Source of the DNA: an uncultured Clostridia bacterium | GTDB taxonomy: Bacteria; Bacillota; Clostridia; Saccharofermentanales; Saccharofermentanaceae | Direction: 5' to 3' | Assembly (NCBI GenBank): GCA_947303185.1 | Contig: CAMYXF010000002.1 | Span: 55,747-119,746 of the forward strand | DNA: 64,000 nucleotides | In this document: in pieces, positions 29,338 to 39,832 of the stretch | How the letters are laid out: the number at the start of each line of letters is the position of its first letter | Position numbering within the stretch: position 1 is the first letter of the stretch | Notes under the pieces: generated by a model | Database searches by the model: none | Told to the model about the DNA's origin: nothing | The model's input: only the letters and a program-made list of their open reading frames with translations | Position numbers and translations under genes: made by a program

Positions 29338-30783
29338 TTAAAGTATGATAGCCCCTATTATCAAAGATTTAGAATTTGCAATCAAATTCAACTCTTCAGA
29401 AATTAATCTGCAATCAGAATAATTTCTTTGTTCGACAATAACAATAGCATCATATTTAGAAAATGTTTCAAAAACACTAGGATTGTCAAACAGTTTTGTC
29501 TTAACATCAGCATCTATACCCAATTGTTTAACAAGTGAATCAATTCTTTCTGGATCAGCAGTACCGGTAAATAATACATTCTGTTTTCCAACTATTAAAT
29601 TCTTAACATTAGATGCCAAAAGCATATTGCTCTTTTCTGTGGAAAAACAATTATCGTCACCAGATAATTTATCTATACGCATAACATGATTTGAACGCTT
29701 AATGATTGGCTTTACTACACCAATTCTATTAACCGAATTGAAGCGACTAAAGAATCCAGCTTGTGTTGCAAATTTATTACTGAATATATATCTAAAAGTT
29801 ATAAAAAGCAGAGCAACAAAAACACCAACAGCAAAGCCTAGTACAGCATATTTAATAGAAGATTTTATCGGATTAGCTGCTTCACTACTACTTAAATCAC
29901 TAAAAGAAAAATATTCATAAATCTTTGTTTTGCTTATACCAAGATTCGTGGCAATTTCATCAATAGCTTTATCATAGTTTTTAATTTGCTGTTGTAAAAC
30001 TTCAAATCGGTTTGTTGCGTTAACCTGCTTATCTCTAGTGCCATTATCAACCATATATGAACTCTGTTTTGCAGCATAAGAAACTTTATGAGCAAGCTTT
30101 TTTTCATTGAATTCAACACTTTTGATTTCAACATTTTTCAAGATTGAATCCATTACGGTTTCAGTCAAATCAGTAGTTGGTCCTATAACTCTTATGGTAA
30201 TTATCCCGTCAGTTTCAAAACTATCAGGAGAATTCACTGCGACATCAGATAAATCATAACTAACGGAAATCAGTTCAATTAAATAACCTTGATCAATATC
30301 TAATTCTTCTGAAACCTCCTGCAAATATTCACCAGAAGAAATGAATTGTTTATAGAGAGATAAAATAACTAAGTCAACATTGGTTGTCGTAGATGCATCG
30401 ACCGTAACAATAAGATTAGCTGTTGTAACAGCTTCATGTTCGGGTTCTATTTGCATAATAACAGAATTAGAAACATAATAACGCTGATTCTCTATTTGTT
30501 TGTTTAAGACATCAATACTGCTAATTATGTCTTTAGCGCGATTTACATTTTGAATTCTATTAGCATAGTCAACCTCTGACTCATTCGGAAGTTTAACAGA
30601 AACATCCAGCAAATCGGTATTTTCAGAAGCCTTGGAGGCTTTAACATTAGAATATGTTTTATATCCAAATAACATACCGGAAATAACAATTCCACAAATT
30701 AGAATTACGAATATTTTTTTCAAATAAACTAAAAGTAAATCAACAAAATCAATTGCTAAAGAGTTTTGAGTGTTAAGATACAT
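29338..30783 (-). CDS. Wzz/CpsC-like chain-length regulator with degenerate kinase-like C-terminus (paralog 2)
   Basis: 'IDFVDLL' + TM, large coiled-coil loop, second TM, tail 'LFTGT...DAIVIVEQR...IIGAIIL'; paralogous to 55291-56769. Confidence 0.7.
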   Translation of the reverse strand: MYLNTQNSLAIDFVDLLLVYLKKIFVILICGIVISGMLFGYKTYSNVKASKASENTDLLDVSVKLPNESEVDYANRIQNVNRAKDIISSIDVLNKQIENQRYYVSNSVIMQIEPEHEAVTTANLIVTVDASTTTNVDLVILSLYKQFISSGEYLQEVSEELDIDQGYLIELISVSYDLSDVAVNSPDSFETDGIITIRVIGPTTDLTETVMDSILKNVEIKSVEFNEKKLAHKVSYAAKQSSYMVDNGTRDKQVNATNRFEVLQQQIKNYDKAIDEIATNLGISKTKIYEYFSFSDLSSSEAANPIKSSIKYAVLGFAVGVFVALLFITFRYIFSNKFATQAGFFSRFNSVNRIGVVKPIIKRSNHVMRIDKLSGDDNCFSTEKSNMLLASNVKNLIVGKQNVLFTGTADPERIDSLVKQLGIDADVKTKLFDNPSVFETFSKYDAIVIVEQRNYSDCRLISEELNLIANSKSLIIGAIIL

Positions 30784-30807
30784 AATGATTCTCCTAAAGA
30801 AAATTTA

Positions 30808-32136
30808 TTACAGTCTCCAAAATTTCATCCCTGATGCATTTAGCTCATCAATACGATAAAGAGATTTAACATCAATAAATATTTTTTCATTATCTTTCAA
30901 TTCAGATTTAAATAAATCTTTTACTTCCATCATTGACATATTTCTATATTCTTTATGACCAACAGCTACAATTACACAATCTGCCTTCGGCACTTCACTC
31001 CAAGGCGTAAGCTCGATATTGTATTCTTTCTTAGCAATTTCAGCATCAGCCCAACTATCCGTCACAATAGGCTCGATATCATATTCTTTAAGCCTGTTAA
31101 CAATATCAACAACTTTACTATTTCTAGTATCAGGACAGTTTTCCTTAAATGTAAGACCAAGAATAACAACTGTAGCTTTTTTAGGAGCCATACCAGCCTC
31201 TATCATCTCCTTGATAGCTGCATCAGCAACAAAAGCTCCCATAGAGTCATTAACTTTACGGCCATTTAATATAATTTGGCTGTGATAACCAAGTTTTTCC
31301 GAAATGTTAGTCAAATAATAGGGATCAACACCAATGCAGTGACCACCAACAAGACCGGGTTTAAATCCCAATGCATTCCATTTTGTGTTCATGCCTGCAA
31401 GCACTTCATCAGTATCAATCTTGAGCTTATCGCATATAATAGCGATTTCATTCATAAATGCTATATTAATATCTCGCTGGCTATTCTCAACGACTTTTAC
31501 AGCTTCTGCTGTCTTTATGTTGCTTACAGGGAATGTACCAGCCTTAATAACAATGTCATAGACTTTCTTAATTTCATTGCAGGATTCTTCATCCATTCCA
31601 GATACTACTTTACGTATATTAGTAAGTGTATGTACTCTATCACCGGGATTAATTCTTTCAGGACTATATCCGATCTTCCAATCAACACCACACTTAAGGC
31701 CTGATTCTTTTTCAATTATCGGAACACATATATCTTCCGTAACGCCAGGATAAACTGTAGATTCAAATACCACGATTGTTCCGACACTGAGATTTTGACC
31801 GACAGTTCTTGAAGCACCTTCTACAGGACGAAGATCAGGTGTGTTATCCTCATTAACAGGTGTAGGAACTGCAACTATAATGAATTTTGCCTCTTTAAGC
31901 CTAGTAGGATCTGCAGTGAACTCTACCTTTGTATCTTTAATTGCTTCTCCAACTTCATTAGTGGAATCAATGCCACTTTTATACTCATTGACACGTTTTT
32001 CATTGATATCAAAGCCTATAACTTTAATATGCTTGGAGAATTCAACGGCTATTGGCATTCCAACATATCCAAGCCCTACTAGTGCAAGCTTTTCTTCACC
32101 AGATATCAAGCCTTTATAGATCTTGTTAAATTCCAT
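30808..32136 (-). CDS. UDP-HexNAc 6-dehydrogenase (WbpA/WbpO family)
   Basis: 'GLGYVGMP', 'VPTP', 'FESTVYPG', 'SPERINPG', 'GGHCIGVDPYY', 'FKENCPDTRNS'. Confidence 0.92.
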   Translation of the reverse strand: MEFNKIYKGLISGEEKLALVGLGYVGMPIAVEFSKHIKVIGFDINEKRVNEYKSGIDSTNEVGEAIKDTKVEFTADPTRLKEAKFIIVAVPTPVNEDNTPDLRPVEGASRTVGQNLSVGTIVVFESTVYPGVTEDICVPIIEKESGLKCGVDWKIGYSPERINPGDRVHTLTNIRKVVSGMDEESCNEIKKVYDIVIKAGTFPVSNIKTAEAVKVVENSQRDINIAFMNEIAIICDKLKIDTDEVLAGMNTKWNALGFKPGLVGGHCIGVDPYYLTNISEKLGYHSQIILNGRKVNDSMGAFVADAAIKEMIEAGMAPKKATVVILGLTFKENCPDTRNSKVVDIVNRLKEYDIEPIVTDSWADAEIAKKEYNIELTPWSEVPKADCVIVAVGHKEYRNMSMMEVKDLFKSELKDNEKIFIDVKSLYRIDELNASGMKFWRL

Positions 32137-32225
32137 TATCGTTACTCCTAAATGAAAAACCCAATTTATTAATTATATTATATTATTGATTATTGAAATA
32201 ATCACATATTCACCCGAAATATGGG

Positions 32226-33377
32226 TTAATTCAAAGCATTCTTCAACACTTTTACAACTAATTCAATATCATCTTCCGTCTTATAGGGATCAATAGGAAG
32301 ACTCAAAACCGATTTACACAATGTCTCTGTTACAGGACAATCAGTTTTTGCACTGTCAGTACCAATAAAAGCTCCCTGACAATGCATAGGTTTAGCATAG
32401 TAAACCATAGAAGGAATTCCAGCTTCTTTAAGCTTTGCCTGTACTTTACTTCTATCTACGCTTTCAGATAACTGAACAGTGTATTGAGCCCATGAACTAT
32501 AGTAACCATCAGGAATAATTGGCAAAACTAACGCCGTATCACTAAGCAACTCAGTATATAAAGCAGCTACTTTGTTTATATCATCGAGCTCAAAGTCAAC
32601 AAATGCCTTAAACTTAGCAAGCAATATTGCAGCCTGAATAGTATCCAGTCTGCTGTTCTTGCCAAGACGGACATTATTGTATTTTGCATTAGGATCATTA
32701 GGATTACTGGTATCCTTACCATGAACACAGATTGAACGAATCAGATCTGCCCATTCATCATTATCAGTAAAAACAGCTCCACCATCACCATAGCAACCTA
32801 AAGGCTTGGCCGGGAAGAATGATGTAGTTGATATATCTCCAAAGCTACAAGATCTTTTTCCATTAATACTACCGCCGAATCCCTGAGCACCGTCCTCAAG
32901 TAGAAGCAGATCGTATTTTGCACATATATGTTTAATTGAATCAAAATCAGCTGGTAAACCAAAAAGATCAACTGCCACAACTGCTTTTGCATTGTACTTT
33001 CCTTCTGATTTAACTTTAAGTATGGTTTCTTCAAGTTTAACCGGATCAATATTAAAAGTTCTTTGATCTACATCAACAAAAAATGGAGTAGCGCCTTCAT
33101 CTGCAGGACACTCACCCGAAGAAAAGAATGTAAAATCAGGAACAAATACAGCATCCTCCTTACCTATACCCCAGGCTCTCAAAGCTATAGATAAAGCATC
33201 TGTTCCATTAGCACATGTAATGCAATGTTTAACCCCAACATAATCAGCGAGCTGTTTTTCAATTTCTTTAACTTCAGGGCCAGATATATACTTTGCTGAA
33301 CCGGCAACATAAATCATTGCCTCGTCAATCTGAGGCTTAAGTACTTCATACTGTTTTTGTAAATCCCTGAATTGCAT
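32226..33377 (-). CDS. DegT-family aminotransferase, WbpE-like
   Basis: 'MQFRDL', 'ANGTDAL', 'EDGAQGFG', 'SFFPAKPLGCYGDGG', 'NSRLDTIQAA'; adjacent to wbpB/wbpD-like genes. Confidence 0.87.
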   Translation of the reverse strand: MQFRDLQKQYEVLKPQIDEAMIYVAGSAKYISGPEVKEIEKQLADYVGVKHCITCANGTDALSIALRAWGIGKEDAVFVPDFTFFSSGECPADEGATPFFVDVDQRTFNIDPVKLEETILKVKSEGKYNAKAVVAVDLFGLPADFDSIKHICAKYDLLLLEDGAQGFGGSINGKRSCSFGDISTTSFFPAKPLGCYGDGGAVFTDNDEWADLIRSICVHGKDTSNPNDPNAKYNNVRLGKNSRLDTIQAAILLAKFKAFVDFELDDINKVAALYTELLSDTALVLPIIPDGYYSSWAQYTVQLSESVDRSKVQAKLKEAGIPSMVYYAKPMHCQGAFIGTDSAKTDCPVTETLCKSVLSLPIDPYKTEDDIELVVKVLKNALN

Positions 33378-33941
33378 TTATATTTCCTCCAGGCCGGATT
33401 CAATCTCTTTATACTTTCTGGAACATTTCAAACAGACAAGATCATCAGGCAGCAACTCTCCGCATTCACAAGCCCACCCTGCTCTCCTTGCCGGAATTCC
33501 AAGCATAAGAGCATGACAAGGTACATTTGAAGTAACAACAGCACCGGCACCGATAAGTGCACATTTACCAATTTTATGTCCGCAAACGATTGTTGCATTG
33601 GCACCAATGCTGGCGCCATCTTCAACAATTGTCTTTTTATAACCAGCATGACCCTTGGGATATTTAGCTCTTGGAGTCAGATCATTGGTAAATACACATG
33701 AAGGGCCACAGAATACATAGTTTCCAAGTTCAACTCCTTCATAAAGACTTACATTGTTCTGTACCTTACAGCCATCACCGACTATTACATTATTTGAGAC
33801 ATTTACATTCTGTCCAAATGAACAATTCTTGCCGATTCGAGCACCGGACTGAATATGGCTGAAATGCCAGATTTTAGTGCCCTCACCGATAATTACATCA
33901 TCATCAATGATACTCGTAGGATGAACGAAATAATCACTCAT
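33378..33941 (-). CDS. Hexapeptide N-acetyltransferase, WbpD-like
   Basis: 'GEGTKIWHFSHI', 'KVQNNVSLYEGV', 'GPSCVFTND', C-terminal CxC...CxxC. Confidence 0.9.
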   Translation of the reverse strand: MSDYFVHPTSIIDDDVIIGEGTKIWHFSHIQSGARIGKNCSFGQNVNVSNNVIVGDGCKVQNNVSLYEGVELGNYVFCGPSCVFTNDLTPRAKYPKGHAGYKKTIVEDGASIGANATIVCGHKIGKCALIGAGAVVTSNVPCHALMLGIPARRAGWACECGELLPDDLVCLKCSRKYKEIESGLEEI

Positions 33942-35038
33942 TAAAGACTACCCTCTCCAAATCTTCCTATGAAATCAGTCGATGCAACATCTGTTAATGG
34001 AAGCTTGACAGGCATTCCGGTAGCGGCAGACTTATACACTGCAAGAATCATCTCAACTGCATTGCGTCCTGCAACCGCATCAATATAGGGCTTTCTGTCA
34101 TTGATTATTGCATCTATTACATCTGCATAAAGACTCGTATGTCCATTACCATATACATTGCTTGTTGCTTCCTGAAGGCCCTTGTTTTTGGTATCAGAAT
34201 CAGTTTCGTCAGAAAAATTCCAAACATCAATATTATTAGTAGAAGTGCCACCTAATTTAACTGTTCCGTTTTCGCCAAACAAATATAAGGTCTCTTCCAG
34301 ATTTCTGGGATATACATTAACGGTACCTTCAATTGTACCGACAGCTCCATTCTTGAACTTAACTACAGCCATACCGATATCTTCGGCTTCAAGATATTCA
34401 TGGAACTGCTGTTTAGTAACACCATAGACTTCGTCAACCTCATCACCCATCATCCATCTAAGAAGATCTATTCCATGAATACACTGATTAAACAGACATC
34501 CACCGTCAGATGCCCACTTTCCTCTCCATGGAGCCTGTGCATAGTAATCTTTATTTCTGTTCCATCTTACATTTATAGAACCATGAGAGATCTTTCCAAA
34601 CCTTCCGGCTTCCAAGGCCTGTCTCAGCTCCTGAACTGCAATATTGAATCGGTTCTGATGACATACAGAAACCTTAACACCCTTTTCGGTGCTTCTTTTT
34701 ATTATCTCTTCACAGTCTTTCATAGACATAGCCATAGGCTTTTCAATAATCACATTGATACCATGATCTAAACAATAAAGAGCAATTTCAGCATGGATAC
34801 CGCTTTCAGTCGCTATTGCTACCAGTTTGAGATCAGGAATATCTTTTACCATCTGCTTATAGTCTGTATATCTTGCAATTGATTTATCAATTTGCAAATC
34901 GTGTTTAGCAAGAAGATTCTCCATGGCATCTGGAATTACGTCACAGACTGCCATGAATTCAAGTTTTTCCTTATTATTTATTACCGCCTTTATGTGATTT
35001 GTTGCAATTCTGCCGCAACCGATCAATGCATATTTCAT
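33941..35038 (-). CDS. Gfo/Idh/MocA oxidoreductase, WbpB-like
   Basis: 'IGCGRIA', 'EKPMA', 'HQNRFN', 'WRG..DGGCLFNQCIHGID'. Confidence 0.87.
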   Translation of the reverse strand: MKYALIGCGRIATNHIKAVINNKEKLEFMAVCDVIPDAMENLLAKHDLQIDKSIARYTDYKQMVKDIPDLKLVAIATESGIHAEIALYCLDHGINVIIEKPMAMSMKDCEEIIKRSTEKGVKVSVCHQNRFNIAVQELRQALEAGRFGKISHGSINVRWNRNKDYYAQAPWRGKWASDGGCLFNQCIHGIDLLRWMMGDEVDEVYGVTKQQFHEYLEAEDIGMAVVKFKNGAVGTIEGTVNVYPRNLEETLYLFGENGTVKLGGTSTNNIDVWNFSDETDSDTKNKGLQEATSNVYGNGHTSLYADVIDAIINDRKPYIDAVAGRNAVEMILAVYKSAATGMPVKLPLTDVASTDFIGRFGEGSL

Positions 35039-36129
35039 TTGGATGACTCCCTTTCTTTTTCAGCACTTTCTATCGCTTCAACTATTTTATTCGCTGAATG
35101 TCCATCGCCGAATGGCTGATAGTTCTCATCAACTATTTGATCATGACTTAGTTTTTCAACTATTTCTTTAGCGACAGGTCTGCTTAACTCATTTCGATTA
35201 TTAATCATCGTTTCTGGCCAGCAGACAAAATTAAGTATAGTCACACATTTCTTGCCAGCATAAAATGCCTCTCGCTGTAGTCCGCCGGAATCAGTAACTA
35301 TCTTCTTAGCATTCTTCACAAGACAAGCACTTTCAAGATAACCAACAGGTTCACAGAGAATCAATTTTGTAAAACCATTCTCTTCTAACAGTTTTACTGC
35401 ACGAGATTTATTTCTTGGATGAACCGGGTAAATTGTAAGAACATCAAGCATCTCACAAGCATTGAATATCTCAAGTAGATCCTTATCGTCATTTGTATTC
35501 TCTTCCCTATGACAGGTAAGATAATAAAACTCTTCAGGAACACTTACATTTCCACCCTGAAGAAGTGTTAATTTTATATCGGAAACATTGAGTTTATTAC
35601 TATATTCAATGAACGCATCATACATAGGGTCACCCACAAGCAACCCCTTGTCCTGCAATCCTTCATTTGCCATTTCATCATAGCCGCTCTTAGTTGAAGC
35701 TAATAAAAGACTTGAAACATGGTCAGTACAGATTCTATTTATTTCTTCCGGGTTCGTCTTACAATGTGTTCTTGTACCGGCTTCAACATGACAAACTGGG
35801 ATATGGAGTTTAGCAGCAGCAAGAGCCGCAGCTAAAGTAGAATTAGTATCACCATAAACAAGAAGCCAATCGGGTTGTTCTTTCATGAGTACTTCTTCAA
35901 TGGCAATCATCATCCTGCCTGTCATCTGTGCATGTGTACCACCGGAAATGCCCAAATTATAATCAGGATCGGGAATATCTAACTCCTTAAAGAATTGTTC
36001 AGACATGTTGTAATCAAAATGCTGACCGGTATGTACAAGTATTTCCGTATGATTCTTTCTCAGAACATGAGATACAACTGCAGCTTTAATAAATTGGGGT
36101 CTTGCACCAACAACTGTAACTATTTTCAT
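35035..36129 (-). CDS. Non-hydrolysing UDP-sugar 2-epimerase, WbpI-like
   Basis: 'VGARPQFIK', 'HTGQHFD', 'YGDTNSTLA', 'HVEAG', 'TDSGGLQREA'. Confidence 0.87.
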   Translation of the reverse strand: MKIVTVVGARPQFIKAAVVSHVLRKNHTEILVHTGQHFDYNMSEQFFKELDIPDPDYNLGISGGTHAQMTGRMMIAIEEVLMKEQPDWLLVYGDTNSTLAAALAAAKLHIPVCHVEAGTRTHCKTNPEEINRICTDHVSSLLLASTKSGYDEMANEGLQDKGLLVGDPMYDAFIEYSNKLNVSDIKLTLLQGGNVSVPEEFYYLTCHREENTNDDKDLLEIFNACEMLDVLTIYPVHPRNKSRAVKLLEENGFTKLILCEPVGYLESACLVKNAKKIVTDSGGLQREAFYAGKKCVTILNFVCWPETMINNRNELSRPVAKEIVEKLSHDQIVDENYQPFGDGHSANKIVEAIESAEKERESSK

Positions 36130-36137
36130 TATTCTTA

Positions 36138-37445
36138 TTATCCCTTCTCAATGGAGTTTTTCTCAGTAACTCCAGCATGTTTAAATGAATATATTAAACG
36201 AACAGTACTCATTATACTTGATATTATTACTACAAGTACGGTCGCAAATGCGGCACCCATTGATCCCCACCACTGAATAAAGAAATAATCTGCAATGATA
36301 TTAGTAACACTGGACACAATTGCCACTAAAAGATTAAACTTCAGTCGTCTCTGGGTTACCAAAAGATTACCTGATACTATTCGGAATGTTCCGGAAATGA
36401 AGTAATTAATTGATAAAACAATAAATACAGGAACACAATCAAGGTATTCATAACCAAATATCAGTCTGATTATTAATGGAGCCCCAAGACACAATACTGC
36501 TGAAATTAAAAGATTGAAGGCACCTAATCCCAAAAGAATCTGTTTATATCTTTTTAAGCACCAATCCCTATCATCTTTATGCTCTGCAAAATATGGATAA
36601 ACATAAACCATTAAGGATTGAGGAATAAATGTCAATGCTGTCGGAATAATTGTAGCAACCTTATAACTTGCTAGGATTGTTTCCTGAGGATCGACAATGC
36701 CAAGAACAAAAACATCAAGAAGATACATTAGCTGCGAAAGGCCATTGTTTACCATAGAAACAAGACCGATAGATAACAAGGCTTTCTTATCAGCGCTTAT
36801 ATCAATTGTATCCTTACTGTATAGATGAACTTTATATAACAGTATTCCCAGTGCAACTGATATTATTGCAGCGGCATAATAACCCAGGACAAGCCCCATC
36901 GCTCTGAATAACAATGCAGCTCCCACAGAAACAACAAAACAAATCGAAGTATTAATTACGGCAAGAGTAGCATATTCCTTATTTCGTTTTTGAGATCTTA
37001 GATATTGGGATATCATGCTGAACAAATATTGGAATAGCGGCAACAAGCATAATGCTATAAGAAGAGGTCTTCCTGCTTCAATCTTTAAAGGACAGAACAG
37101 GCCGATAATCAATATCGCTAAAGATAATAATATATTGAACAGGAATCCAAACCTTGTACTATAGGAACATACGCTCTTTGTATATTCCGGTTCTCCGCCA
37201 TGTTCACTGGATAACTGAAGCATACTCGAATCCATGCCCATGCCACTAAAAAGAAATACGATGCCATATATGTTCCACGCATAAGTGAACACGCCGTATT
37301 CAGGCTTTGAAAGAAGATGGACAAGAACAATACCACTAACAAAAGTGATTACTTTATTGATTACATTTCCACCAAAAATATGGAAAAAACCTGTAGTAAA
37401 CAGCTTTTTAACTTTGGCAGTTATAGAACTTTCTTTAGTATTCAT
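36138..37445 (-). CDS. Wzx flippase (module A)
   Basis: Multi-TM; 'LLSKPEYGVF', 'SQLMYLLDVFVLG', 'GSMGAAFAT'. Start taken at ATG 37445 (track start 37481 overlaps the upstream gene). Confidence 0.85.
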   Translation of the reverse strand: MNTKESSITAKVKKLFTTGFFHIFGGNVINKVITFVSGIVLVHLLSKPEYGVFTYAWNIYGIVFLFSGMGMDSSMLQLSSEHGGEPEYTKSVCSYSTRFGFLFNILLSLAILIIGLFCPLKIEAGRPLLIALCLLPLFQYLFSMISQYLRSQKRNKEYATLAVINTSICFVVSVGAALLFRAMGLVLGYYAAAIISVALGILLYKVHLYSKDTIDISADKKALLSIGLVSMVNNGLSQLMYLLDVFVLGIVDPQETILASYKVATIIPTALTFIPQSLMVYVYPYFAEHKDDRDWCLKRYKQILLGLGAFNLLISAVLCLGAPLIIRLIFGYEYLDCVPVFIVLSINYFISGTFRIVSGNLLVTQRRLKFNLLVAIVSSVTNIIADYFFIQWWGSMGAAFATVLVVIISSIMSTVRLIYSFKHAGVTEKNSIEKG

Positions 37446-37461
37446 AAATAAAACTACAAAT

Positions 37462-38661
37462 TTATGCTTTGTGAATGGCAATATATCTTTTTAAGTGTAA
37501 AGCTGCTTCGTTTTTACAATAGTCAAATCTGTAATTAACTAATGGTATAAGCAATGCCAAATAAATATAGTTCTTTTCCATACATGAACTGGAAGCAAAA
37601 CCAACAAATATAATGATATAGACTAACCCCAAATAAAACAGGTTTACTTTATCACTCGTTTTTTTGAAAAAATAAATCAAAAGTTTCAATAACAGGATAA
37701 CAAGTAAAATAGCCCAAACGATTCCGAAAACTCCGGCTAATTCATAAAAGAGATTATGAGGATCTGCTGAAGCTCCTGTTTTCTTTAAATCAAAACCTAA
37801 TTCGACCATACCTTCACCATAATTCCCAATCCCAGTACCAAACCACATATGTGTTAATACATTTTTTATTCCAATAGAATACATATATGTTCTCCACCAG
37901 AGTGAAGAAGAATTTATCAGGTCAGTTACAGGTTTAATTAAAAGTAATGATAGCAACAATGTAAGAGTTAATCGCAAAACCCTATGAGCACGATATCGCA
38001 AAATAAAAGCTATTAAAACAAAGGACATAAGACCTAACAAACAAGCAACACTGCTATTATAGCAAATAATAACGATAGCTATAGTAAGAAAGACAAGTTT
38101 AGTGAAAATCTTAAACCGACTAAGAAGCATGTAAAAAAACATCACGGACAAAAATGCTGAAAAATCATTTTCGTTATAATACATACCACAAGCTACAATT
38201 CTGTCATCATTTATAAGCTCCAAATGAGTCTCTACAAAATGTACGCCTGATATCAATTCAACTAATCCAACAAGACAGAAAAACATAAATAGCACTGCTA
38301 GGAAATCAATGCATTTTTCTACTGTTTTTTTGTCATCTATTGAGAAATACAAAATAAAGAAAGCAATAATCGGACAATAAAGTGCAAATGCTTCTTTGAA
38401 ATTGCCTTCAATTCTAGTTAAGCCATAAGCCATAAAAATCAAGAATATACAAGCAAACACATCATTTTTACGAATTCTAACTTTATAAAAAAACAGCAAC
38501 ATTGGAATAGTAACAACTAGAATCACTCTCAAATAAGTAATCGTAATTACTCCAAGCTTGACATATTTAAGAGCAAAGAAATCATGGAAAACCAAACCTG
38601 AAAGGAGTAAAAGAATAACTCCGGTTTTGGTAATACCACCTTTTGATAATTTAATTTCCAT
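37462..38661 (-). CDS. Wzy / O-antigen ligase family protein (module A)
   Basis: 'GMYYNENDF', 'SLWWR', 'FGTGIGNY', 'DPHNLFYELAGVFG' (Wzy_C-type HN motif). Confidence 0.8.
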   Translation of the reverse strand: MEIKLSKGGITKTGVILLLLSGLVFHDFFALKYVKLGVITITYLRVILVVTIPMLLFFYKVRIRKNDVFACIFLIFMAYGLTRIEGNFKEAFALYCPIIAFFILYFSIDDKKTVEKCIDFLAVLFMFFCLVGLVELISGVHFVETHLELINDDRIVACGMYYNENDFSAFLSVMFFYMLLSRFKIFTKLVFLTIAIVIICYNSSVACLLGLMSFVLIAFILRYRAHRVLRLTLTLLLSLLLIKPVTDLINSSSLWWRTYMYSIGIKNVLTHMWFGTGIGNYGEGMVELGFDLKKTGASADPHNLFYELAGVFGIVWAILLVILLLKLLIYFFKKTSDKVNLFYLGLVYIIIFVGFASSSCMEKNYIYLALLIPLVNYRFDYCKNEAALHLKRYIAIHKA

Positions 38662-38671
38662 ATGCTATTCC

Positions 38672-39832
38672 TTATCCAGCTACAGCTTTCGACATAAGAC
38701 GGTTCATTTCAGATAATACAGCTGACATAACACTAGTACTTGAATATGCCTTAACACACTTTTCAGAGATCACCTGTTGATTATATACAGGATAATCCCG
38801 ATACATCTTTTCCAATGCTTCAATTAATTGATCATCAGAATCTACATCTATCAAAATACCATTACTGTCATCAATAAAATCCACAGCGCCATTTCTAGTA
38901 CATATAACAGGTCTTCCAACTGCCATAGCTTCAATGCAAACTACACCAAATGTCTCAAAAGCACTAGGCAGCACTAAAACGTTTGATTCTGCTAACAAAT
39001 CTGCGACTTTATCTCTAGGCAAGAGACCTAATAACTCAACTGACTTACTCAAAAAGTCTGAGTTGTTAATCACTTCATTGACTTGTTCACGCAGTGGCCC
39101 GTCACCTGCAACTTTAAGACAAACGGTATTATTGTTCTTTCTTACTTGCTCAAAACATCTCAGAAGTTGAATAATTCTTTTATTCTCATTCAAAGTTCCG
39201 ATAAATGTATAAGTAAATCTGTCGTTATTAATTTGCCTATATTGAAATAGATCATCAACCATATTGGGAAGAATACCAATTCCCTCACTTAATCCGGTAC
39301 GAGAATATACATTTTCTCTTAATTTATTAGAAACACAATAAAAGCAATCTGAGTTAACAATGGTTGCTCTCAAATACTTATTAACCTTATTAGAAAATTC
39401 ACCGGTTATAAGCATGCTTCTATGTTCCTGAACGATTAATGGAAGCTTCAATTCCTTTTTCAGTAATGTTGCTATATATCCTGCATGCCAAAAAGAATGT
39501 GCATACATAACATCAAAACTCAAACCCTGCTCAAGCATATATTTCATAAGCTTTCTATAATACTTGGCATAATAAGAAAAAAACACAGAGGGCATGTGTC
39601 CTGTCATGTAACTCGGCACTATCATACGATATACTTCAATTCCATGACGCTCTTCTTTAAATATCTTAAACTTAGGTTTATTGCTCTTATATGGATAATT
39701 AAGAATATCAACAATTGCAATAGTTACTTTATTGCCCATCTTTTGAAGCGCCATAGCCTGCTCTGTAAAGAATACGCCTGCATTCTTCTCAGAATCTGAT
39801 TCATACCAGGATGGCAAAAAAAGGATATTCAT
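38672..39832 (-). CDS. GT4 glycosyltransferase
   Basis: 'LPSWY...GVFFTEQA', 'GDGP', 'ETFGVVCIEAMAVGRPV'. Confidence 0.9.
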   Translation of the reverse strand: MNILFLPSWYESDSEKNAGVFFTEQAMALQKMGNKVTIAIVDILNYPYKSNKPKFKIFKEERHGIEVYRMIVPSYMTGHMPSVFFSYYAKYYRKLMKYMLEQGLSFDVMYAHSFWHAGYIATLLKKELKLPLIVQEHRSMLITGEFSNKVNKYLRATIVNSDCFYCVSNKLRENVYSRTGLSEGIGILPNMVDDLFQYRQINNDRFTYTFIGTLNENKRIIQLLRCFEQVRKNNNTVCLKVAGDGPLREQVNEVINNSDFLSKSVELLGLLPRDKVADLLAESNVLVLPSAFETFGVVCIEAMAVGRPVICTRNGAVDFIDDSNGILIDVDSDDQLIEALEKMYRDYPVYNQQVISEKCVKAYSSTSVMSAVLSEMNRLMSKAVAG

